A stretch of DNA of 60,594 bases, the filler included, from Sluysia triapertura (Eukaryota): the NCBI GenBank assembly GCA_046118255.1. It is 4 parts of 4 records of this genome, joined end to end, with 100 filler letters (N's around TTAATTAATTAA, not from the genome) between each part and the next. Parts side by side here need not be neighbours in the genome. Positions count along the whole stretch, not along the records: positions 1 to 14,154 come from JBJNIA010004779.1; 3 more parts are not named here. One strand, 5' to 3'. Positions 1-14,254 of the stretch are shown in pieces. The notes under the pieces were generated by a model. That model worked only from the letters and a program-made list of their open reading frames with translations, was not told where the DNA came from and searched no databases. Each line of letters starts with the position of its first letter. The first letter of the stretch is position 1. Position numbers and translations under genes: made by a program.

Positions 1-273
1 TTAATAATCAAAGGTTTGTTTTCTTCAAACCTCATTAAAATCTCTAAATATTTTAAATTTTAGATTTGCATAATTAATTTAAAAAACTCTTTTGATAAAA
101 TAAAACTTCTTAACCATAGAATATAAACCTCTTGATAAAATTAAGTAAAGCCTCGTAACTATTGAATATAAATCCAACGGTTGGCCATTAAGTTCGTAAG
201 TCCAATACGTTGGTGGACTCACTTATTTTAAAATCGTTTTATTCACATCATTTCTTGCAATAATATTAAATAT

Positions 274-3200
274 ATGGAGAAACATAATCAAAATCATCAT
301 AAGAATTTTGATCTTAGTCAACTCGAATTAAAATGTTTCTGTAATTCTTTTATGCCACTACAGGAACACATGAATGTGAATCACAACGTACAAGAAACTG
401 CTTCATCCAATTCCACCTTCTGACTATCCAGGAATCCCCCGCAAATGGTGCTAATAATAATATTACAAATGTGAAGTTCTTCTCCGAATCCAGTGTTGAA
501 ATCCTTATAAGGAAATGTATCAACAACAATAAAATTTTAATCTTTTCTCCACTTCATTCGAAACTAAATTTATTGTTGAAAATATTACATTTAAAATGTG
601 TGAAAATATCGAAATGATTATTTTCCCACTCCGTTAATTATTTTCAACGTTTTAGAAAGAACTTCAATCATTTTTAATCCCGTGCAGCTCGAAGTAAGCA
701 GTCATGTGAATTTTCTACACGAAAAGCTTGCATCAAAACTGCAGAGTTTTTGTAGAATTAATAATGAATCTGTGAACTTGGTTCAAAGCATTAATCATAT
801 GACAAATAAAAATAAAACGCATTCGGTTCCAATAATTTGCGAGATTGCAGTAAAAGCTGCATTTTCGTTACAATATGACTACGTAGATGTACGTAACTTT
901 ACCAAGAAACTACAAAATACGGAAATAATTAAATTGCACTTTAAACAAAGAAGAATCCCACAAAACAACAGCAACCAAAATTAAGTATTAATAATAGAAT
1001 AATCTCGTGTCAGCAGTTACTTGAAAGTATTCAATGTATGGCACCAGAAGAAATGTGCAATGAAATCACAAGATATATCTAAAGAACTAGAACAGTAAAA
1101 CTTAAATCGTTATATTTAACAATTCGAAGCGAATCTTCTTACTGTGATTCGGAACAATTTTGAGCGAAATACAATCTTAATAAGAAATATGTATTCGAGA
1201 AAATTATCAATAACACGGTAACAGAAGAAAGTCCGAGCCGCGAAACAATAGAGAATTACTTTGAAAGCAAAAGTATCTCTCCAAATCAAACTAATTGGTC
1301 AGATATTCCGGAAATTAAAACTGGTCCACAATTTAGTTTCGATCAAATTTCCACATTAGAAGTAATATAAATACTGAAAAACTCCTCAAATTCTGCTTCT
1401 GGCTCTGATAATATTTCCTACAAAAATTTAGAATATTGCGATCCGAAAGCCGAAATGCTCACTTATCTATTCAGTAAAATAATAACTACGAAACAAATCC
1501 CGAATTCCTGGAAATCATATCAATCTCTAATGATACCGAAGCCAGATAAATCGGATTCTAAATCAATTTCATCGTGGAGACCAATTGCCCTCCTACAAAC
1601 AATGTATAAAATATTTACCAGCTGCCTTACAAATCAGTTAATGTCATGGATCACGGATAATCAGTTGTTAAACTCTTTCCAAAAATCAGCTGGAAATTTT
1701 GAGGGCTGCTCGGAGAATATCTTTATTTTAACAACCCTAATTGAGAAACACCAACATTGTTACTCTATTTTATCAATCCAAATTGCCTTTCTTGAAATAG
1801 CTGAAGCCTTTCCATCTATTCCAGTTGAACATACTGGAACACATGGGTGTTAATAGATATTCATTCAAACTTATCGAGAATCTCTACATGGGTTGCAGTT
1901 CAAGTTATATATGCGGATCAATAGTAACATCTAAAATTGAATTATGAAGAGGTGTTCATCAAGGATGCCCCTTATCTATGTTACTATTCAACATTGGAAT
2001 AAACCCAGTTATAACAGAAATATCCAAAGTGGAGCATAGCGGAATTAATTCAAATAACATAAAAATATCTGTTCTAGCTTATGCAGATTATTTGGCATTA
2101 TTAGCACCATCAAATTTTGTGTTAAAGAAAATGATAAATAAAGCTGTAAAAATTGCAGAGTGGACACAAAATTTAAACCCGAAAATTGCGGCTATTTATT
2201 CTTTCCAGAACCCAATTTCAATAATATCTAAGAACTCATACAAATACTTAGGAGTACATTTTGATCATTTCCAAAAGAGTTATTGGAAAAGCTATTCAAG
2301 ATTTTCACAAAATCTGTAAAAGTGAACTAAACCCTTGGCAAATGCTAGATGTATGTAAAACATTTATACACTCAGGTCTACAATTTACAATGAGAACATC
2401 ATGGTTCCATATTGACATACTATCTAGCCATGGATTCAAAAATTGCACTGATCAACATATAAAACAATCTGGATATGATGAAAAAATACTTAAACTGATT
2501 AAAGGAATTCTCAAGCTACCTCACTATGCAACTAATCATTACCTTTATTCTCCAATATCAAAAGGTGGAGTTGGCTTAATCTCAGCCAGGGATGATTACG
2601 CAGTAAATTCAATTATTTTTGCATTCCGAATGTTAGTTTGTTATGATGAAAATGTTGCCAAACTGCCTTTCAAGAACTTTTACATACTTCATCACGATAC
2701 TCACATTTACCATATAATTCTTAAAATCCAGATCTACCTGAATGGCTAAATTCTAGTCATGGGCATGATACATTTCCCAGTTGGTGGTGTAGGGTCAGGA
2801 ACAGCATTTTCTACCTAAATCACAACTTTTTCATTGCTATAAATTTTGTTAAATTAGAATTAGGTATTTGTTTAAAATTACAGTTTAATAGCAAAATTTC
2901 AAATATCATTGATTCAAAATTAATTACCTCTAAATATAAAAATAAAATAGGTGAAACATTGAGGCAATATATTAGTATGTATTACTTTTATAAATGGTCA
3001 GTACAAAAAGTTTGCTGGGAAATGTGCAACATCATTATCAAGCTCCAGAACATCAACAACAATTCTCTACCATGAAAACTTCGATATTATCCACAGATCC
3101 CAAACTAACTCCCTTCCAGTTAACGACAGACCTTATAGAGATTATAATGATAGACTTTGTCGAAAATGCAAAATATGGCCAAAATCACAATCTCATATTC

Positions 3201-3890
3201 TGAATCATTGTATCAACAACTCAGATATGATTACTGAGAGGCATAATTCCGCTCTCCGAATAATATCTAATTATCTAATAAATCTGCACGACTTCCAATT
3301 TAGACAGAATATGCGAATTCAGCTCAAGTATTTTGAGAGTAGACATACAATTAATATCAGAACCAAAGAACAAATGTATCCTCATCGATGTCAAAATACC
3401 TTACGATGAAGCGACCAATATGAATCTTTCTCGAACTCTCAACGTGACAAAATATCAAAACCTTGTCAATGAAATTAAATCCAAAAAGCCAAATTGGTAG
3501 TATTTCTCGATACAATTTGCGTGGAATCATTGGGCATTTGGCATCTTGAAAACAAAATCCTGAAACTACTTGGATTGCCTTTGGAAGTAATGGAAACGAT
3601 AAAGAAGGAATGTATAATTAAATCTATTGCAGAATTTATAATGTGCACAATAATGGTATATTCCTCGACAATGGTGATAGTGAAATCGAAATTAACGGAG
3701 CAGTTACATATGAAGCAGATATCAAAATAAGCAGATATACATGAAGCATATATCAAAGATGTAGATGTACATGAAACAGATATCTACGATGCAGATATAA
3801 GCGAAAAAGAATCCGTTGAGCAGAAATAAACGAAGAAGAAAGTAGTGCAGAAGAAAAAAATAAGGTGCAATCTATGAAACAGAAACAGCA
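274..3890 (+). mobile_element. Decayed non-LTR retrotransposon with restriction-like endonuclease (NeSL/Utopia/R2-group), many stops and frameshifts
   Basis: N-terminal Zn-finger remnant CFCNSFMPLQEHMNVNH; RT motifs IPK..WRPIALLQTMYKIF, EGCSEN, AFLEIAEAFPSIP, GVHQGCPLSMLLFN, LAYADYL, YKYLG; PISKGGVGL; CCHC knuckle CRKC..SHILNHC..RHN; RLE LRVD..CILIDVKIPYD..KYQNL..VESLGIW. Confidence 0.9.
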
Positions 3891-6800
3891 AACATTTGAT
3901 ATATAACAATTAACCTTATGTGATCTTAAAAATAGTTTTATGCTATTCTTATATATAGAGTTTTTAAACTCCCACTTTTGTGAATTTATATGTATCTATA
4001 CTATGTATGTACACTTTTATATTGTTTAAAATATATTATTTACTTGTCCTAGGCACCAAATTTTGCAAAGAATTTTCTAGACTTATAACGCAAAATATTG
4101 CTCTGGAGGCGAGTCCACCTAACAGAAACGTCTTATATCTGGTCGAAAGCGGTCTACTAGGCTTTTAAGAAGTAATAATTCGACTTTAGAAGATTCACGC
4201 ACTTTAAAATGTTTAGTTAGCTGAATGGCTGCGTTTAATAATTATCGGAAATTAAATATATTTTAGGAGATTTTGTGTTAGCCTTTTTACGGTCTAATTT
4301 AGAAAAATTTATATGATATTTTATGATTTTTATCTAGTCTTATTACGGTCTAGCGATGGTAAATGATTTTAATCTTTTAATAAATAATTCAAAACTTCCT
4401 ATAAGGTATATTATTGAAAAGAACTTTATATACAGAAAGTTTCAAATAAAAGAAATAAGCAATAATACACAATTTAGTACTTAAATCTTAGTGATTAAGT
4501 ACAAAGAATTTTAAACAATGGCTAACTTAGCCTGTTACGGTCTAAGTATAAAACAAATTATTATTCTAAGTTACATGGATTGAAAAACCAAATATTAGCG
4601 AAGATCAAATAATTTTCAGCCTTACGGCTAGTGTGAATTCTGTTAGATTCATTGGTTTTATACAGAATTCACGGTCGATATATTGCTCTATTTTTAAAAA
4701 TAGTTCATTTAAACAAATTACTTTTAATTTAAAAATTTTAAATGTTTAATTTTAGTTTATTAATATTATCTCTTTGATATAATAAAAATAAATAATTTAA
4801 TAAAATTCAATTTATAAATAAAATATAATAAAATAAATGTAATAAAATAAATGTCAAATATTAAATTATGTTAGAATTCAAATATTAGATCTTTGTTTCA
4901 CACTGTCCTTTGCAACCATTGTCAACTATAGCCTTGCCACCCTCACAATATTTGATTTGAGTCGATTAAAATATAACTCCAAACTAAATTCTATCACCTA
5001 AATTGTCGAAGTAGTACTTTTCTGAGTAGTTTAGATAATTAGATATAATTATATTAATACTCTTTACTACGGTAAAATAAAATTTAGCAGGGTCCTGTTA
5101 CAGAAACGACGTATGACGTTAAGTAGGCGTATCCGTAACTATAAAGACAACGAATTTATCCCTTAATTTAATTACTAACTAGCTCAATAAATTATTAGTC
5201 TGCAATTTTATTTAAATAAAGTTCAAATTATTTTATTAAAACACTGACTTTTTAATCTCTTCAATTACGATTATTCAAAAATAACAATAAGAATACTTTA
5301 AAGATTTATTCACAAAAAAGATTTTATTTGCAAATTTATATTAAAAGAAAAACTCAAAAACTAAATAAATAAATGACCTCAAAATATTGGTTTTAAAATT
5401 AAAACCTATTAAAGTCTTTAATTTTACTTTTCAATATTTTAATTATTAATTCTTCTTAACTCATTAAAATATTACTAAAATCAAATAGGGAAGTTTTGTT
5501 TTTAATCCAATATGCGTGCTAATTCCAAATGGAGTTGTTTCCGTTCAATGTCGCGAAATTGTCAAATTATATAGTATTATAATAAATTAGAATTAAGTGT
5601 CGGTATCCGAAATTATCGAAATATATTGCTAAATTAGATTATCAAATTAGATTGACACATTAAGTTGTTAAATTATCTTGTACTTGTAAATATTTAAATT
5701 ATGTAAAACTGTATTAAAATATATTAAAACTGTATTAAATTATGTAAAACTGTAAATATTTGAAAATTGTACATAATTAAATTATTTAAAACTTTAAAAA
5801 TATTTTTATTTTATAATTTGAATATTGTAGATTAAAAGAATTCTTAATATTAAAGAAATTGTAAATTAAGAATATTAATTTAATTGATTTTCGAATTTGA
5901 AACTTAAAATATCAGAATATTTGAATTATTCAGTGACTTTGGACTTTAAAATATCAATTATTTCGGAAATAATTATTTACATTATATCAAAATTATTGAA
6001 TTATTATAAATTATTTATAACGTAGGAAATAAACTGCATATAAACAGACTCGACTTCTTAAAAAAACAACAAAGAATAACGTTCTAAGATTATAACAATT
6101 TGCTGGAAAATTATTTTTGCGGAGAAAACTACCAGTATCAACGGTAAAACTTTTCATAATTTTCGTGGAGAAAGCTATCATTATCGTCAACTTCAGGAGC
6201 TATAGCGGATTACAATTCTATCTGGACATTCTTCGTATTATATGAATATTTATGCTATTTATTTTTAAGTTTTATTTATTTTTATATTTATTTTTATAAG
6301 TTTAAGTTTATTTTTATATTTTGCCTCAAAATCCACTTAAATTCGTCAATTTTTTAAAAGCTCCAGAATTCGCCTGAGTTAAAATATGCTTTAAACTTTG
6401 CGAGTTATTAATTTTAGATATATATAAATTTTGTAATATACTTATATTTTTGTTATACATATATATTTGATTTGTATTAAACCATTTTCATTTTTAATTG
6501 ATACTTTGTCTTGTTACATAATTTTACTATTTTAGTAAACGAGGAGTAAACTAGAATTAAAGAATATTTTCGTAATTATAAGAAATACTAAGTTAAATTT
6601 GTAAAGAAATAAATTGTTAAATCGAAAAATAATTAAGTTGTTTCAAAACATACATAGTTGACTTAAAAAGCTATTAAGATAAATTGCTCAGAAATAAGTA
6701 AATAAGTTCTTAAAGGATATTACATTACGTCGCGTCAAAGTAGTTAAGGAACTCTGCACGTAGCATTTTGACATTTGACATCCTGTTAGTACGTCTTCCT

Positions 6801-7251
6801 TGAGATATAAAATGTGCATCACAGGTGGACCTAGAAAATTTAATAATATTATAATTGTTACAGTTTTAGAAAAAGCTGAACATCCTTAATTTTAATTACT
6901 TTTAATTTCAAATAATTTAAAGTCGGCTAAAGGCCTAGAGAAACTAATAAAATTGATTTCAACCAGTTGATTAATCCTTTGAACAAAAGCAATAACAAAA
7001 CATGAAATCAATCTTACAAAATTCTGGAACGTCATTAGTTAGCATTGTCGTTTCAAGAGCAACATTGGTTGTAGAATTGTTCGTATTAACAATCCTGACA
7101 AACTAGAATTATGATTTAAAAATTTATTATTGACATTTCTATATTTAAATTATCTTCAATTGTTTCTCTTTCGGATCTATTATATAGTTTGTCGACATTA
7201 TTTTCTATTGGTGTGTGGTCTGTGATTCTTGATAATAGTTTTATAAATTAT

Positions 7252-7409
7252 TGCTTTAAGGATACAGCCTAAAGTGCCATTTGATATAATGAACTATAAA
7301 TAATCTAAAATTGTTAGACAGTGCTGATAGCTCAGTGGTAAAACATCGAACTGTGCAGCGAGAGGTCCCGGGTTCGATCCCCGGTCAGTCCATTTTATGA
7401 AGTCTAACA
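7252..7409 (+). repeat. tRNA-Ala-derived repeat copy 1 (tRNA-like core 7321-7392)
   Basis: A box TAGCTCAGTGG, B box GGTTCGATCC, TTTT after core, bounded by TGTTAGAC..GTCTAACA, upstream GATACAGCCTAAAGTGCCA shared with other copies; anticodon arm irregular. Confidence 0.75.
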
Positions 7410-7544
7410 CTGATTTTATGATCACTAGATTTATCTTTGTAGATTTTATTATTGACATTTGATGCATTTTCTATAATTTCTTCTTCATCGTAATTAGTAC
7501 CATTGCATTCATCATTTGTTATGGATTCTTGAAGGAATTTTATT

Positions 7545-8275
7545 GGATATGTACAATCTTCACAATCTTTTTCTAATGAATCTTTAAATTCTTTCTTTTA
7601 ATTCCTTCCAGAGATACCAATGATTAAAGCACGTGAATTGTATAAGAAAGTATCTACAATTTCTGAATTATGACATATCATTGCACTATTTGTGATCACA
7701 GTATTTGAACAATTACAAATTGTTACTTTAATTCCAGTGGGTGACCAATCAACAAATTGCATACGACCTTGATGTTTTAATTTTTCAATGCTTCAATAAA
7801 CTTGGCCGACAGTAATATTACTGCAGATACATATGACATAAATCTACCATTCATTGGAGTACAACAATCATTTGATATTCAGCTGATGGTATAAATAGTA
7901 TTAGTGGCATGTTTTATTTTTTCAGGACTTAAAAGAGCTAGATATAGGAAAGTGAAGTTGAGGACATGGTATAAAATTGTTCATATATTACTATATAGTG
8001 ACTGTTATAGAGCTGACTACCTGAGACTAAATGTGATTAATTACGTGAAAATTCAAATTTGTTTTATCCAGATGTTTAGAAGCTAAGTTATACAAAGTTT
8101 CATTATCCAAAAAGATTGCTTTATTTGTGTAACTGTGTCAGAGTAAATCGGAAAGACGGATGTAAACATAATTCAATCTTCATAATTTTACTAAATTCTT
8201 CCATTTCTTCTAAAATCAATGAATGCAATCCTGAGCCAGTTCCATCACCGGAACTATGAATAATAAAAGAATGAA
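7545..8275 (-). pseudogene. Divergent alpha-tubulin-like pseudogene (middle and C-terminal part)
   Basis: FIIHSSGDGTGSGLHSLILE (GGGTGSG signature), AIFLDNETLYN..INHI*SQVVSSIT, IPCPQLHFP, MQFVDWSPTG, EGIKEKEF..LEKDCED; stops and frameshifts present. Confidence 0.8.
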
Positions 8276-10419
8276 AGTGGGAAAAATAAAAAAATATAAT
8301 AATAATTCGGTGAAAATAATATAATAATAACAAATATAGATAAAGTATAAAGTATAGAAAAAAATAAAATAAAAATATAATAGTAATTCGATGACAATAA
8401 TATATTAATAATAACAAATGTAGAGTATAGGGAAAAGGAGAAATGACAATAATAACAATTAATAATAATAATAATAATAAATTTCTCTTTGTAGCTGTTT
8501 AATAGATGAATTACGTATCGTTAACATTATTATAACTGTTATTGTCACTGAATTTGCATTGTTATGTCATGTGTAGATTGTTTTATGCATATTATTCATG
8601 AATTTGATATTTGTGTCAGATTGTGTTGAAGTTATTTTTAAATTGTGCTAATGAGAAATGTGTTTGTGTAACATTTGGACAAAACTTATAAAATTATTGT
8701 TTCTATTTCTATATTCGATTATTCCTATAAACGCTCTAGAACTTAGAAATATGAATATGGCCATCAATATGGGTGAAGTACAGAAAATTTTAATCACTAA
8801 CATCTATAATCAATATTAGAAGAGAGAACACATCTAAAGCCATTGGACTATACTCACCGCATTAATAATATTAATCTTTGTTTACATTTCGCAAACTGAT
8901 AGATAATACCATTATCATTAAAAATTATCATTATCATTATCATTAAAAAGTAAACAATACATCGATGAATCATCCAAACAACTTTTTACGAAATCCTTCA
9001 ACTGGACAAATATGGTTAAATCTATAAGAAAAATTTCCGAGGCAAATTCAATGATTAATAATTTGCTTAAGAGTTCTTTGTACTATTGCTATCATTTATT
9101 ACTATGAACTTTGGACTATATTTTATTTGGTAAAATTGGACAAAATCTCAAAATAACAGCAATTTAATTCCTAGGCTTATACTGACATTAATATCAACTT
9201 CGTATTGCAAAGAACAATATGATTTTTGAATAACCTTATAAAGTAGTTTAAATATTTTAAATATATAAGAAATAAAATCATTGTTAAAGATAAATTTGAT
9301 ATAGTAATAATTAACAATAATAATTAGTAATAAAAGGAATCATAGAAGAGAAGATGAAAGCATCTAGAGCCTTTTGAAAGCCTTATAGAGTGCTGGATAA
9401 TTTTAGAACCTTAATAAAACCTTAAAATATAAGTAAGATAAAGTCTTACACTAGATTAATTAATTAAAATCTTAATTAAGACAAAATGCGTTTTGTGAAT
9501 AACGTTTGAATGCGGAATTTCACAATGGAAATTGTGTATGTGTTTTAAAAAAACTTGTTGATGAAGGTATGAAAACTTTAATATTGAGCAAAGTCAAATT
9601 TTAATTAATTTTTAATTATGGATTGATGAATCTTTTATGTTTAGGATAATGAAAAAATAATGAATTGAATCTGAGATGATTGCTATGAGAGAGAAAAATC
9701 AAGAGATGAGTTTGAAATGTTTGTAGAGTTGTTTATTTGAGAATAAGAACCTTAAACATTTTTTCACTAGAAAAGTGGATGTGAAAAACTGAAAATTAAT
9801 TTAATTCTAAAAACAAAGATTAAATTCATTATTTTTATGTATGTTAACAATAGTGGTGATATTACTTTAATTTGAGAAGCAATTTAAGTAAAAATTTAGT
9901 AGAAGAAAATAATAGATGATCATGAATCAATTTTTATGTTCAGTATCTAATAAGGTTTGACATGCCTTACCATGTAACTGTCAAATTTATTATTGTTTGT
10001 TTATTTCTCAAAGAATGTTCAGATGATTTTTGTGAGAAAATTTTTGATTATAAACCTCAAGAGTAATTGGAGAATGAAAAAGTATAAAACGAAGTTCTTG
10101 GAAATTTTACAACACAATAATTCAAGAATGATCCAATGCCAATTCCATGATGTGTTAACATTTTTATTTATTCATTAATTTTCTTTGAAATAATTATTAA
10201 AATATTTAATTTATTTTATATAGTTTTTGGGGAATCTCCCTTTTTTAATACAAATTATTTTTTGGGAGTTCCCCTTTATTTATAAATTTTAAGAATTATT
10301 CTTGAAAATAAAATTGAATTTTGTGTTGTGCCACCTTTGGTTGCTATAACTTTTTCTGTTAATTATTATCTGTCTAATTCTTTGAATTACTAGTAACCAA
10401 TAGTTTTTTTAGTTATTTA

Positions 10420-10480
10420 CTAAATAACTAAATAAATAACTAAATAAATAACTAAATAAATAACTAAATAAATGACTAAA
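10420..10480. repeat. Minisatellite, 12-bp unit CTAAATAAATAA, about 5 copies
   Basis: Directly visible tandem units. Confidence 0.85.
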
Positions 10481-11948
10481 TAGCTAGTTCTGATAATAAC
10501 TTATTGTTATATTTTCATTAAATTGAATGTATTTGGAGTTGTGTCTTTTCATTTTAATGAGTATCATTATTATAATACCAACTTATTGTAATAATTTGTA
10601 TTTGATTTTGGGATTATTAAATTATTGAGTTATTATTATTAATCTAAATTAAAAGATTCAACAGTGTCATACCCAGTGTTATCCTTAAAAAACAATTATT
10701 TATGAAGTGTGCATTTAATATAAAAATAATAAACTTATTTTAATTAGACATTATAATACAAATTTGAATATAAACCCTAAAAATTTATATTTTAACAAAA
10801 TCCTAGATATTAGTTTTTCTCTGCTGCTGCCTGGTCTTTAAGCTGTTTCTTACATTATATTTTTATTTTCTTTCGTTTCTTTGATTTCAGGATATTTTAA
10901 TTTGTTTAATTTAAAAATGATGATCTTGTTTTACAATTCAGAAATTTTACATGTATTTTATTGTAAAATGATTTATAATCCCACAAAGATTTATTATATT
11001 TTGCCATTTAGTCAGCAATGATCTGAATTATGAAAAATATGGTGTGAGAATTTATTACTTTATATTGACATTTAAATGATTAGAAATAGTAATGTAAAAA
11101 TAATGTAAAAAGAATAAATACAATTATTTGTTTAGATGTGAAATCATATTACATAAACTTCCAGTGGTTCATACGATTTTCGATTTCCTGCACAATTTGA
11201 TAATTCTACAAATATAAAAATTTTCAAAAAAGTTATGAATTCAAAACTTCTCAATATTAAATTTAATCTGTCTACGCGCCTATTGAAATTTGTAAAATTC
11301 CTGATTTAGTTATGAATAAAATTTTAAGACTAATAAAACAACAGTGATATCAAAAAGTCCCATGCATCAAAAATAAGACAAATTTCACGCAGAGCGTAAT
11401 TCTTAATAATCCATGTCTGCAATGAAGATAAATCTGGTATGTACCACTATAAAGTTGAAGAATTATTTTCAAGTATAAAATGCTTTTCAAAATTGACACT
11501 TTTTATTTTAAAGAAAAAATACAATAGAGGACATCACAGAATCAAAATATTAATAAAAGTAAATTAATGTTTTTGCTTAATTGACAAGTACTTTGTTTTA
11601 TTTGTCAAATGTGTTATTACCAGCATATCAATTTGCTAAAACTATTTTTAGTTAATGTTATAATTTTATAAAATAGTTACATGAATTATATATAAATATA
11701 TTAATAATATTAAAAAATTAATCTGATTATATAATTAAAATAAGTAAGAAAACTTCGTATTTTTTACTTGTTTTTATTAAATTTATTAAATAAATAAATT
11801 TTAAAATATTATGTACATATTTACTTTTCAAATCTGTAAGCATTTTTTATTATATTTTAGATATTTTTAAATTAAATTATAAGGCACTTGTGTCTGTTGA
11901 AGCTTATAAATAGCTTTTTGCTTGATAATCTTTGAGAGAATAATTTAG

Positions 11949-12621
11949 ATGGAGAATAATGGGACAGAGAAAAATTCCAATTCCCGAAAGATTTATACAA
12001 GAGTAAATCTATTATTTTTATTTTCTCAAATATAGGACCAACTTCTGGCTTTATGTGATGTTGCATATTCAAAACAATGGCCTAAATTGTTAGATAAGAA
12101 TTGTATTAATAATTATGGTCAGTGGGATCCTGTAAAAAATTTTGATAATAACCGATTATTAGAAACATCAAAACGATCAAGTTATTATGAAAATAGAAAT
12201 TTCAGATCAGGTTTATTAACAATTTTGATTTTGTAACTAAAATGTATATTAATATGATCTGTCTCATAACGGTGCAGATTAATACTTTTTTAACATTTAA
12301 AACAGAATTTCAGACACTAGATCAGAATATTAAGAACGTTCTAAATCACTTTTGTAATTTTAAACTCTAATAACATTTGAAAGTTAAAATAAATTAGTCT
12401 TTATTAACTCTGAATTTTTGTGATTGTTATCTTAAATATTACTTCAATGATAGATTTATAAATGCTGAGTTGTACAAATTTGATGAATTTTATTTCCAGA
12501 AAAGTCAAAAGATGATATAAGTCTTCGTCCTGATCGCCGACGTTGGAATGATGGTTGTCAAGTTTCTAATATAAACAAACGTAATGATGATAATATTATT
12601 GGATACAAAAAATCATATCAG
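11949..12621 (+). CDS. EIF4ENIF1: eIF4E transporter (4E-T), first three coding exons: 11949-12002, 12036-12210, 12500-12621; 3' part not found before contig end
   Basis: Spliced translation MENNGTEKNSNSRKIYTR|DQLLALCDVAYSKQWPKLLD..GQWDP..|EKSKDDISLRPDRRRWNDGCQV. It has the YxxxxL-phi 4E-binding motif (YTRDQLL), a GxWDP motif and a match to the 4E-T LSPQRRSFGGGCHV block. GT-AG introns with consistent phases. Confidence 0.85.
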
Positions 12622-14154
12622 GTTAATTTTCAAATTTTGAAATTAGAATATAAAGTTTAAATGTTTTTAAATAATAAAATGCAAATAAGTATATTAAAAT
12701 GATCTGTCCTACGTGGTAAAGTATTAATATTCGAAGTGTTTTTGAGTTTTAAAATTCGCATTTTGATTTTGAGGAATTTCATTGCAAAGTAAAACGACAT
12801 GTATCCAAATTATTTTTCTTTTATTGTGATTTAACTAAATTTAATTTATTCCATGTTACTTTTAATATTAGTAATCGAGTAACTACTTTGCAGTTGCAAC
12901 GTTCTGAAAAATAATTTGTCAGTTCCTTTATTTATTAAGTACATGATTAAATTAGCACCAAAATTAAATCATTTTTGAATTATTGACATCAAAAATTGAT
13001 TTAAGACTTCAAGCTTCATGACAAAACTGTAAATCATAAAACGGAAGTGTCGCCCATGCTTGTTAAATATTAATTATACTACCTAAATTTATAACTGTCT
13101 ATTAATTTGATTTTATTGGCACTTGCGCGTAAATACTTTTAAGATTTGACATTTATTGATTAGTATTGTGCCAATAAAATTTATCATTTCAGCAGAATTT
13201 GTAAACCAATTTATAACATGTTAGACTTAAGAAATGAGCTTTTTATCTTCTAATCAATGAACTTATTTTCATTTATTCAATTATGCCATATCTACTAACT
13301 GGCAATTTGACACTATTTAATATTCCATTAATTTTATAACATTTCTAACTATTAAAATGTTAATTTTACTAGTAAATATCTAAATATAATCTATTATTTT
13401 TATATTGTTAAGACGGCCTTTTAAATTATTTAAAATTAAATCAATTAATGAAATTGATTTGTTATTGAACCTTATGGTGAATCGTATTTTTAAACATTAA
13501 GTAATTCTATTAACTGCCGTTTTTGATAAATTATCTGTAAACCAAGCTGAATGCAGGCTATAAAAATTCCTTAAATAGTTTTCCAATGAAATGTGAAAAC
13601 GATAGGCAAGTAACTAAGAATGTATTTTAAGCTGGCCGGAAGAAATGTGGTGATCAAACTAAATTAATTTTGTTATTTAGTATACTAATGTTAATACTAA
13701 TTTTGTTTCCTATTGATGTTCAATTATTTTTGCCGTTATATAATATTGCTATGGTTACTATTTTTATGTAAAATAAAAGAAGTTAATGAAGTCTTATAAT
13801 TAGTAGTCAATGTTTTTTATTCCCTGAAAGTTACTGGTAAATCTAAACTTTTATAAAACTCAAATAATAGGAAATAATTTTTTCTTGATATAAATCATCT
13901 TTATCTGTGAATTCATGAATTTAACTTGTCTCTGATGTTTGACCTGTTAGTGAAAAGTTCTTACAAAATAAAATAAAAAATCAATTACGTAAACTAAAAA
14001 CTACATCACCACACGTAATTATGTCGATAAATTTTATTGTTGATTTAAAAATATAAATTTTATTTTGGATATTTTATTCCATGCAGTGCTTTATCTAACT
14101 TAAATAGTTTGATAATTTAAATAAATTATATTAATTATTATAATTTTGGAGGCA

Positions 14155-14254
14155 NNNNNNNNNNNNNNNNNNNNNNNNNNNNNNNNNNNNNNNNNNNNTT
14201 AATTAATTAANNNNNNNNNNNNNNNNNNNNNNNNNNNNNNNNNNNNNNNNNNNN
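14155..14254. other. Artificial contig linker N44-TTAATTAATTAA-N44
   Basis: Identical 100-bp linker occurs three times; palindrome gives stops in all six frames. Confidence 0.97.

Noticed and set aside
4090-4630. U2 snRNA or SL-RNA target site for the NeSL/Utopia-like element
   Set aside because: No convincing U2 or SL sequence recognised at either flank
7321-7392. Functional tRNA genes
   Set aside because: Anticodon arms are malformed and differ between copies, and flanks are shared; treated as repeats
11872-12072. Minus-strand 66-aa ORF
   Set aside because: Antisense shadow of the 4E-T exons
14199-14210. TTAATTAATTAA palindrome recurring three times
   Set aside because: Artificial linker between concatenated contigs; it also means cross-contig neighbourhoods carry no biological meaning
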